NCBI GenBank assembly: GCA_964016885.1
Contig: OZ024741.1
Coordinates: 368,714,001 to 368,778,000, forward strand
DNA length: 64,000 nucleotides
Reading direction: 5' to 3'
Source of the DNA: Eledone cirrhosa
Taxonomy: Eukaryota
Shown: positions 25,001 through 37,000 of the stretch, one piece after another
How the letters are laid out: the number at the start of each line of letters is the position of its first letter
Numbering within the stretch: the first letter of the stretch is position 1
The notes under the pieces: model-generated
Database searches by the model: none
Seen by the model: only the letters and a program-made list of their open reading frames with translations
Told to the model about the DNA's origin: nothing
Position numbers and translations under genes: made by a program

Positions 25001-28000
25001 CACCTCAGCAAAGAGGTGCGGCCTCAACAGAGAGCTACACCCTCAGTACAGAGGCATGGTGGAAGTACAGTCTCACAAGAACAGGCGCAGCATTTGTATA
25101 ATAGTCACATTATTAAGTTGTCTGAGAGAGAAGCAGTTTTAACAACCATGTACAATATTCTCATTAAATGAACCTAAAGTAACTGTGACAACTAAATATC
25201 AACTAAATATTTTCCATCAATAAAGTTTTTAGGTGAAACCTTATTTATAACGAGTGTTTTAATAAGAGTCGTTTTAGTCATATCAAGAAAAGCAACATGA
25301 AATTATGTCTTGCTGAAGAACACAACATATTGCTTGGTCCAAGAATCAAACCCACAACATTATGATTGTGAGTCAAACACCCTAACCACTCAGCTAGTCA
25401 TCTTTACTTTTTCACCACAGCATTACATTAAAAAAAGGTAATTGTTTAATTTTTTTTAAACTAAAAAAAAATTCTTTACCTCTGTCTTTGCGTAATGTTC
25501 ATCATCAACCATTTCAATTCCTTCCTTAGCCACTTGATGAAATATATCCTGGCGAGCATCAATCTCAGCCTTCAGTTCATTATGTCGGTTCTGTAACTGA
25601 AGTACAGCTTGTAAATCTCGAACTTGTGGTTTACTGCTCATTTCTCGTTCAATTTCACTAGCCCAGCCAAGGAGTTCTCGTACCTTTATAAGAAGAAATT
25701 TAAACCTAGATTGTAATGAAATCATATAAATATACATAAAATTTGATCCTTTTGATATCAAGCCGACTGAAACCTTCTCTGGTTCTATGATATTAAGCTG
25801 TTTACACTAAAGTGTTTATATATTTATCTAAAAACCTGCCAAACATCAGATTAATAATGAGGAAGTTATATTACTAAATCCCTCAAAATTCTTGATTATT
25901 TTCAAAATTATTTGAAAATCATAGCAGTCATCACCATCATCATCATCCCTATTTAACGTTCAATTTTCCCTGCTATCATGGGTTAGACAGATTGTCCTGT
26001 TGTGAGACAAGTCGGATTAGATGACTGTGTCTTGCTCATACAGAACTCTTTCTGGCTTGGTTTCTAACTCCAACCACATTTACAGTGTGGACTGTGTGCT
26101 TTTTATCATGGCACCAAAACGACCATTTTACAATGTGGACTGGACACTTTTTACTGTGGCACCAAAATGGCCACTTTACAGTGTGGACTGGGCGCTTTTG
26201 TCGTGTCATCAAAACGATCACTTTACAGTGTGGACTGGGCACTTTTGTTGTGTTTCCAACATGTTCACTACAGGTTGAGCTGTCATTCATTAGAAATAAG
26301 GTAACAAAAGGGTTAAGGTAGCCAATTTTTCAGCAACTGTCTTTGGAATCATCCTTTTTCCTAGATTGTACTTTTAAAATGTAGTAAATAGTTCAATTGG
26401 CAGTACTACTAGCACAATATGATTCAGAATAGAGGAATAAATAGGAGTATATACAATATGTTTATAATTGTTTCTACTTTAGGCACAAGGCCAGCAATTA
26501 CCCAGTGCATTACTGGTACTTTATTTTATCGACCCCCGTAAGGATGAAAGGCAAAGTCAACCTCGGCGGGATTTGAACTCAGATCGTAAAGGGACATAAC
26601 TATGCTGGAAAGCATGGCGTCCGACCCTCTACCGATACTGCCAATCCACCGCCACAATATGTTTATAATAAACATACACAAGTCTCGCTATGAGTATTTT
26701 AAACTGTGATCGTATTACCACTACATGGTTACTGAGATAGTTGTAAATAGTTATTGAGATAGCAGTGTAAATAGCTTGAAGATCAAAGCAGCAACAGTTC
26801 TAAGACATGAGAAGAATAATATACAATACCATAAACCAGAAAAAAAGAGACAATTACAAGACAGGTTGTTTGGTTACTATCATAAATTTCATTTATATAA
26901 ATTTTTAACTCTTAACATCCTGAACAGATTTAGCAGAAATAATCTAAAAAATGCATTTATAATTCAAACATTTATAGTTGACATGTGAAAACTTGTAATA
27001 TTAAAATGGAGTCTTCAATTTTTAATGTGATGCAGTCATAGTGCTGTTTTCAACAGTGGCATGCTAATGCAGTTTCATATGGTACAGAACATTAAGAGTT
27101 TATTTGCATGTCTGAGAAGATGCAGTGACATTCATAAAACCTAACTGGCTGAAATGACTAATTGAAATGATTAATTCCGTTTAAATTCTTTCATGCCCAA
27201 ATCTAATAATGGTACAATATATCTGCATAATATTTTGATCTATTAACTTCAAATATTTTCCATCTCTTTGGGAGGGGGGAGGGATTTAACAGTTTTAAAA
27301 ATCATAATTATATTCTAAATTCCCTCTAAAGATTTAGTAATAAAACATTTAAAGCCTACTGCTGGTACAAAGCTCGTCTTAGAGGTTCAAATCTGTCTAA
27401 AGAATAGATGCTTATCAGGCCAGAAGAACATATTCTAGTTTCATGAGGTGATATACAACTAATAAGTCAAGAGGTGATATACAAAGAATAACCGCTGGTA
27501 CTAATTTTTCCAGCTGTATAAACAGGAGCAATGTAATTTATTATATTGAGTAGTTACAATACACCAAAGAATAGGACAAAATGAAATAGTGCATGTCTGC
27601 TCAATTTTGAAATGGGAGCATATATCAAATGGGCCCTGGCTTGGGTAAATATCCCCTCAGTTCTGGAGCCAGCTGGATTATCCAGAGGTAATGGGAAGAG
27701 ACCAGATGGTCTTACTCTTCGTCCCTGGGTACGAGGTAGGGGTTTCATCTGGGACGCCACAGTCAATGACTCTTTTGCTCCCTCCCACATCATGGATGCC
27801 GTGGTAAATGTGGAGGTCACTGCTTCCATTGTCGAACAGAATAAAATTCGGAAATACCTGGATTTATCTAATAATTATTTTTTCCAGCCTGTGGTGTTCG
27901 AGTCGTTTTGTGGAGTTGGGCCGCTGACAGTGAAGTTCTTGTCATCGGTAGCGGTTTGCCTTACTGAGGTGTTAGGTGATGCCTGTGAGGGTGCCTGGTT

Positions 28001-31000
28001 ATTTAGGTGCTTTAGCTTCACCATCACCTGTGGTAATGTAAGCATGTTGGCTTGCCTCAAAGTGTTCCGTTGACCCTTGTGATTTGCAGCCGATTGCAGT
28101 TGGTGGTGAATTGATGGCCGTTTTGTTTAATCTTATATATTTGTATTGTATATATTATTTGTGTCTATTTTCATTCTATAAGAATTATAAATAATTTGTA
28201 ATGTCATTTATACAAATTTGAATAAACTTTAACATCAGATTTTCCTGCTAGCAAAGTCATCACAGACAAAGTCAGTACTTAGCCAGAGCCAGTCCACTCA
28301 GATGGGCTAGGGGCTGCACCTTGCTTACAAACATTCCTATAGAGTGAACTGGGAACATTTTATCATGGTACCAGCACTAGGGATGTTGACATGTCTTTGA
28401 CACAACTGAAAAAATTACATTGAAATAACAATCTGATTTATTGTTTGAAGCATATTTCTAAAATTGAAATAAGAAAATTTTCTATAAGACTTACTGAAGC
28501 CTGGAAGCGATGATACTTAGCAGCGGCAGATAATTTCTCTTTACGCAACTCTGCCATTTCTTGCAATTCACTCCACCTTTGCAGGATTTCTTCTTTAGAA
28601 TCAAGAATATTACTTCTCAGTTCCCCAGACTTGTAGACTTTTAGTAAATGGGAAGAATCATCCATCAGTACTTGAAGCTGCGAAAAGAAAAAAAAAAGAA
28701 TAAATATTCCTCTAACAGCATATTATCTTTTACTGAGGCCATGGACTGGCAAAATCATTAGAACATTGGACAAATGCTTTGCAGTATTTATTCCAGGCCT
28801 TTACATGCAGAGTTCAAATCTTTCTGAAGTCTACTTTACCTTTCATCTTCCCAAGGTTGATAAAATAAAATACCAGTCAAGTGATGTGGTTGATAAAATA
28901 AAGTACCAGTCAAGTGATGTGGTCGATATCATAAACTTCTTCCTACCCACCAAACTGTTGGCCTTGTAACTAAATTAGAAGCCATTATATATTATTATAT
29001 TGGTTCCATTCTCTGAACTGTGTCTAGTTATACTGGGCTACTGCCTTCTTTAGTATTTCAGTATTTAGAAAATTTATTGAACTATAAAAAAAATTTTGAG
29101 ACGAAACAATTACTTCTTGTATTAATTGGAAGAAACTTTGTAGAGACCACATAGAATCACCTTCGCTTGCTCACTTACACACACTACACACACACATATA
29201 TATATACCTACACACAAACACACTAAGTTATATTTGGGGATGGTCATGTTGCCAATATTGCCAATAGAAAGAAACATGCACCATATAATTTTCACTTTAT
29301 CTTTATTGTTTGTTGTTCATTCGTTTGTCAAAGTTCTTTTGTCACACATTCTGTGACCTCAATGTCTTTTGTGCCTCTACTTTTTCCTAATCTTGGGGAG
29401 GTCACAGAGTGTGAAAAAAGAACTTTGACAAATGAATGAATAACAAACAATAAAGATAAAGTGAAAATTATATGGTGCATGTGTTTCTTTCTATTGGAAA
29501 AGACCATTCCCAAATATAACAATATCGGTTTCAACACATTATTTCACAAAGAAACTTGCAGAACAAATACATAAATGTATACATACATACATATATACAT
29601 ATATATACATGTACATACACTTTAGTTAACTCTTTCGCAACCCTATTTCTAATGAAATACACTGTATTAGAATAATTATAGTAAATCCCTCTAAATTCTT
29701 CATTAATAAATACAAGTATTTATTAATGAAGAATTTAGAGGGATTTACTATAATTATTAATTTATTTCATTATTTAGATGTTATTTGTAGCATAAAACAT
29801 TATGTCAAAATAATGGAAGATTTTAATTTAAAAAGGAACCGTTTTGAATGTGTAGTTTTAATTGATTGAACCAGAGCTGGTATTAGTTGGACTTATCAAA
29901 AGGGTTAAAGAGGAAAGAGCAGAAATAATCCTGTTCAAGATTTCCAAGACTAGTGGAAGAGAGACAGAGAGAGGAAAGTATCCACAAACTGCTACAAGTA
30001 TTTCAGCCAGGTCTCCAGTGTGGACTCTGCTAGAGGCATTCAATGGCCCAGTGGTGATATTAAACCAAGCTAATATCATTTTTCAATATAAAAATATAAG
30101 CTTTACATATCCAAAGAAAGGAATAGACAGTGTGAACTGCTCTCTACTTGCATTAATACACACAAAATATAATTGTTATAAATGCTAGGCTTTGCAATCT
30201 AGAATTTAATCTTTCTATCACCATATTTCTAATGAAAGAAATTAGGGTTTTCAAATCTTTTTGAAAATAATCAAGAATTTTAAAGGATTTAGTAATATAA
30301 CTTTCTCATTAAGTTGATGCTTGGAACATAACATAGCTTAACAAGGGTTCTTACATAAAATTATGAGAGAAGGTTTTTAGATAAATATAAACACTTATGT
30401 TTAACAAGCAGCTATATATCATATAACCAGGGCCAGTTTCAAGTGGTTTAGTATCAAAGGTGTTAGAAAATGATTGACTGAAAAATGCTTTTTGAAGTCT
30501 GAACATGTGTATGTCTTAACCCTTTAGCATTCACATTATATATACTATTATATTTTCATGGTAAAGACTTTATCTCGCATAATCATCTCACATAATATCG
30601 AATCTATGAGATTGTGAAAGTTTTTATTTTGAGAACAATACCTTAATATCAGTATGAGTGGCCAGTTACATCCAGTTTCAACAGAAAGAGGTAGAGAATT
30701 CTGGCCAGTTTGAACATTAAAGGGTTAAGGAGACAAGGGTTGAATATCAAAAGATAGAGAGAAGCCTGGCGTCACTTGTTTAGAATTATGTGCAGCAAAA
30801 TTAAGAATATAATTAAGTAGGCTACAAATATAAAGAAAAATTATAGGAAGATTGCCAAGAACATGGAAGAAGAAAGATCCATCAAGATAATGATGATAAT
30901 GGTATTTGTACCTGTGCCTCTAAAGCCATCAGATCATTTTCAAACACTTCATGTCTCTTCTGGTAACTGGCAATTGTTTGCATGTCTCTACCAATGTCAT

Positions 31001-34000
31001 CAGGAATGCTGCTCTGTTTATTCTGCAAATATATTTATCAAATTAGCATCTGAGTCTACATATTAAATAATAACAAATATCAAGATTTCTAATAAATGAA
31101 TAAAACCATTAAATCATCAATACAATATTTTAAAAGTATAGTAGAACGTGAGACCATACATAAGTGAAATGACAGATCCCTGGCTTGTTTGGGAGATCAG
31201 TGGCCACTACTTCAGTACTGACTTGGTCTATGTAGACCTGTCCAACCCTTGCTAGCAAAGAAAGTGGATGTTAAAACAACGATGAATAACTCTGATGATA
31301 AAATAAACTGCATATAGTGACCGATCAAACATGGTAATTATTACAATAAAAAGAAAGAAATTATTATAAGCTTCCGACTCTCAAATATGAAAGTAATGTA
31401 CCACAGCAACTTCCTCAAACAGCCAGTTATTTCCCAACTAAAGTGGAGCAAGACTGGGGTTGACTAATTTGTTGAAAGACAAAATGTTTGGTGCAGAGTA
31501 CAAACACCAAATTTTATATTACAGATGAAAACTGCAAGCTTTCTAAATGAAAACCCAGCCATTGCAATATTTAGTTTTAATGCACACTAAAAGTAAATGT
31601 GGTGAGAGACCAGAAGTTACAGTGTTGGCATAGAAACTGAGATAATATAGGGTTTGAGAGGATACTTCAGTCTGGATGAACAAGTGACAAGCTCTCTAGT
31701 ATAGGTGCTATGATAAAATGCACTCAGTACACTCTGTAAAATGGTAATTATGGTGCCATGAAAAAAAATGCACCTAGTATATTTTGTAAGGTGGTTGGCA
31801 TGCAAAGAGCATTCAGCTGTAGAAGCCATGCCAAATATAGAATGTTTGAGCAAAATGGTGGCTTAATTCATCTGGTCTCAGACTGTGATAACTCATCCAA
31901 CCCATGCTCATGTCTAAAGTGGATGTAGACTGAAGATAATGATGAATGATGAGAATGTTTACCTGGATTCTATCAAGGGCATCTGTAACATCTCGACTGA
32001 AACGATGCAGTTGACTTGCAGCACGCAGCTTCTCTTGGCGTGTTTCTATTTGTAACAACAGCTGATTCCAGGAGTCTCTAGAAAATAATGAAAATTACAA
32101 TTAAGGTACTAAGAAGTTACAGTGTAAAAAACATCAAAGAATGAGGACTACTTCAATAAAATCTCCCATCATACTCTGGTTCCCTTCAGCCATTGTAAAG
32201 ACACAGTATGGCCAATTGGTGAAGGAGTTTGCTTCACAATCATTAGGTCTGAATTCAAAATTTATTTATTGTTGATATAACTATAAAAAGAAAGCAGCAT
32301 TGGAAAGCACTATAAATGCCATAAATGAGAGGGAAAAAAAAGCAAGGACTTTTAAGCAAAGGAAGAAAGAAAAGGGGGAAGAGGAGAGGGTGATAGATTT
32401 TACACCTAGGTCAGAGCGGTGTTTTGTCTGTGCTTTGCAGACAATGGCCAGCGACACCAATTCGAATACTTAGTTGCTTGCACATTAATTTCATGAACAG
32501 GTCATTCTGTTGATTGAATAACTGGAACACTGATCATGAAAACTGACAAAGGTCCAAACCATCATCCATCATATACATACCCTAGTTCCTCTCTCACCTT
32601 AGTCCCTTCCACACCCTAGTTCTTTGTAAAATTATTGGTTTTAGGAAGGGAGTCCAACTGCAGGGACCATGATAAATATGGAATATACAAGTGAGACATA
32701 GACGGCATGGACTCCTGGCCTGTTTAAGTGAGCAATAACTCCAAATAACAACTGACTCAGAGAAAATGGATGTAAGAATGATAATGATGTTAAGCAATGA
32801 AAACAACTTTATGAGATCCATAAATGTAGTCAGACAAAATTGATTAGAGGATAGGAATGACTAAAGTATTAAGGATAAGATCATTTCTATTTCTTTTAAT
32901 ATTTATGGAAGTGAAATGACATCAATTTATTGAAACATGTTTTTATCTGTACCAAACAGATGAAATGCGAAGCCATTCCAGCAAGATTGAAGACTAAATT
33001 GAAACTAAATACTCCAAGTCATTTAATCATTTTCTTACCATATTTTTAATGAGAAGTACTGTCTATAATTTTGAAATAATAAAAAAAAATTTGGAGGGAT
33101 TTAGCTGGGGTTTAGAACAGAATTTAACAGAGGCACAAGTTTTTTTTAGATAAATATAAAAAACTTCAAAATAAATAGCTTTGTATCATAAAACTAGGGA
33201 CAATTTCAGGCAGTTTGGTATCAAAAGGGTTAAATAGCATTGTATCATAAAACTAGGGGCAGTTTGAGGCAGTTTAGTCTAAAAAAGGGTTAAATAGCAT
33301 TGTATCATAAAACTAGGATCAGTTTGGTATCAAAAGGGTTAAACATGCATTCAAATACTGTAGTATTTTTGCCCGTCAGAAAATTAAAAAAATAAAAATC
33401 ATGCTTTCTTTAATTTTGAAAATTTATCTGTTTAATTTATTATTTAAAAATAAGAAATTGAACTTATTCAAGAAAATTAACAAAATTGTTTTTCAATTGT
33501 CTGAAAAGTCTAACTCTGCTTGTTTAACAATTCCCTCTTAGCTGAAGCTATACCTCTCATAAGGTTAGCTATATTGTGTATAGCTTGAGTAGGTTTTGCA
33601 AACTGTTAAATTAAGAGAAGTTTTACATCATCTAAATTTAGGCTTCTACTTCGCCCACTTATTCCTGAGAGAGTCATGAGGGCAGAGTCCTCAAACACTC
33701 CTTCTGGCGGGTCCTGTCTGAAGCAACTGTCTATAACTCATCCGGCTGGATACCCAAGTCAGACCAGCCAACTTCATGGATGTTATCCAACCATCTTGCT
33801 TGGGGTCTATGCCCGGGTCTCTTGCCAGTTGGTTTTGCCGATAAAATCTGTCCAGCGATTCTTTCCTGAGACATTCTAACCACATGCCCATAGTATCAGA
33901 GCTGTGATCTCAATTCGGAGAAGTAGCGGCTCTACTTGGAGTGACTCTCTGATCTCTGAGTTACGCTTAGTTTTATATCATTCAAATTTAGGCATTTGCA

Positions 34001-37000
34001 TAAAATGTTAGAACAGAGGCTTCAGAGTTTAATAATTTCATTAACTTCTGAATTTTCTTGGATATTTTCTTTATTTTAGAATTGAAGATTTGTCTTTTAG
34101 AAAATAAAAATATTGAAGAATGAAAATGGAAGAAACACTTACACTAAACCTTCTTGCTTCTTGCGAACTTCATTGGTATATTGTCCATCTCCTTCTATTA
34201 ATAAACTAGCAAGATTGTCACACCGATTGAATCGTTCAGCACCAGCTTCAATGTTCCACTTAAATTCATCAAATTTACCTTGCAATGCCTGAATATATAT
34301 ATATTTATATATATAAAACATTTAAGTTGTAAAAATAAAGCTATAACTAGAAAATATCAAAGCTTATGAAACAGATTATCTTTTAAACTCTAGTGACTTA
34401 ATTGTTTCTACTTTAGGCACAAGACCAGCAATTTGAAGGGGAGGGGAAGTTGATTAAATCGACCCAGTGCATTACAGGTACTTTATTTTATCGACCCCGT
34501 AAGAACGCATGGCAAAGTTAACCTCAGTGGGATTTGAACTCAGAAAGCAAAGGGTTGTCCTATGCCACAAAGTATGTTGTCCTCGCTCTACCAATATACT
34601 GCCAATCCACCCTTGTGTTGCATAATAATTGTTTCTACTTTAGGCACAAGGTCATCAATTTGAAGGAGAGGGGAAAGTCGATTAAATGGACCCCAGTGTA
34701 TTACTGGTGCTTTATTTTATCGACCCTGTAAGGACGAAAGGCAAAGCTAACCTCGGCAGGTTTTGAACTCAGAACATAAAGGGCCTTAACTATGCTGCAA
34801 AGCATGGTGTCTGATGCTCTACCGATACTGCCAAAATGAAGTCTGAAACAAATATACACAATACTGACTGGTTAAATTTGACATATTTAATTTCAAAATA
34901 TGAAATAGCTTGCCAATTAACTTTATACACTTATGAATGTAAAAGTTGGTTCCGTTTATCTTATAACAAAGCAAATGTGTGATTGCAGTATCGAACCACA
35001 GACTATGCATACCCCCTGCTGGAACACCCCTGTACAGCATTGGACTTGGCAGAGTTTAATGAGAAAGGACAGCGATGTGTTCAGCTGTGGAGGAACCACA
35101 TCTAGCCAAGCTTTGTAACCAACACTCTTGTGCACACGATAAGAAGAAGTCTAGTAAGTTAATACAAATTCCAACTTAGAATAGAAGAAACTAGAAAGTA
35201 GCTAAATGTTAACAACATCAAAAGAAATAGGCAAATAATCTAATACACTTACTTCAAAATGTTCGTAATCTTCTCCATATTCCTCCAAAGAAGCTATCTG
35301 CATCTGGTCTGCAATCCATGCTTCACAGTCTTCATGTTCTCGACGAAAGGCATGAATGTTTTTGGACTCTTCCAATTTAACACGTCGTTCGGCTGAGAGT
35401 AGTTTCAGTTTATTTAACATATCAAATAGACCATCCTAAATGGAGAAATCATATTCATTTATTGATAACATAAAAAAAAACAAAATAAAAAAACAAACTG
35501 CCAATAATAAAATACAATTGCATTATATATTGCCCTAAGAAACTTTATAAGATATTCTTTACAAATTGATATCAAATTTAGAAATTAATGAAGATGAAAA
35601 GAAAAAAAATGATTTTTAATATTTATTGTAAATTAGTTTCAATTGGGTGCATACTGACAGGCTGATGTTTCATATCCTACAACCAGTACAGTACAGTACA
35701 ATACAATACCCTACAGCCAGTACAGTACAGTACAATACAATACCCTACAGCCAGTACAGTACAGTACAATACAATACCCTACAGCCAGTACAGTACAGTA
35801 CAATACAATACCCTACAGCCAGTACAGTACAGTACAATACAATACCCTACAGCCAGTACAGTACAGTACAATACAATACCCTACAACCAGTACAGTACAG
35901 TACAATACAATACCCTACAGCCAGTACAGTACAGTACAATACAATACCCTACAGCCAGTACAGTACAGTACAATACAATACCCTACAACCAGTACAGTAC
36001 AGTACAATACAATACCCTACAGCCAGTACAGTACAGTACAATACAATACCCTACAGCCAGTACAGTACAGTACAATACAATACCCTACAACCAGTACAGT
36101 ACAGTACAATACAATACCCTACAGCCAGTACAGTACAGTACAATACAATACCCTACAGCCAGTACAGTACAGTACAATACAATACCCTACAGCCAGTACA
36201 GTACAGTACAATACAATACCCTACAGCCAGTACAGTACAGTACAATACAATACCCTACAACCAGTACAGTACAGTACAATACAATACCCTACAGCCAGTA
36301 CAGGTAATGGCCCTGCATAACTGATGAGTTAAAAATTGTCAAAGTTTTTGTGCAAACAGTCAACTATTTTTTCTAGTTTTATTTTTATAAACTATTACAC
36401 TAAAGTGTCAAAGTGTAATGCAGCCTTCAAACCATTAATTAATTGAGAGAGTTGGACATCTCCAGCTCTTCCTCCTAGATAAAATACTAATCAATTATAG
36501 GTTTTGTTCATATGACAATTTAATTTCAGTGTTACACTCATTAGCTATGCAGGATTTTTGCTTCCTCAAGCAGGGAATTACATCTCCTGAAACAGCTAGG
36601 CGTATAGGTTATGGAGAGTTTAGTAAATTTGCTAGGGACATGTGCTGATGGTAAGATATAAACTCAACTTTTCAATCAGTAAGTAGCTGAAACTTTCAAA
36701 ACTTTCAATTTTGTTCGGAGGAAAAAAAGTTAAAAAATCAAACACTAAACAAAGAAAAAAAAAAAAAAAAAATCAAACCTGTGTTTTGCGAATCATAGAG
36801 GGGTTATCACTCCCAGATTTAATGAGTCTGGTAGCTTCTTTGCCAAGAGCATTGGCCACCCCTTGGTAGGTTTGTCGATCAGTCTCTAACACTTTATTCT
36901 TAGCCAACAATCTGTCACTAGCATTTTCATCTTTACCATAATCTGTGCTTGATAAGATCACCATTTGGTAATTAATCCAGGCCGTTACTTCAGCTACTTC

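Noticed and set aside
24496-25101. 201-aa and 130-aa repetitive ORFs
   Set aside because: Translations of the 19-bp minisatellite, antisense within an intron.
35647-36324. 225-aa QYST-repeat ORF
   Set aside because: Translation of the 34-bp minisatellite.
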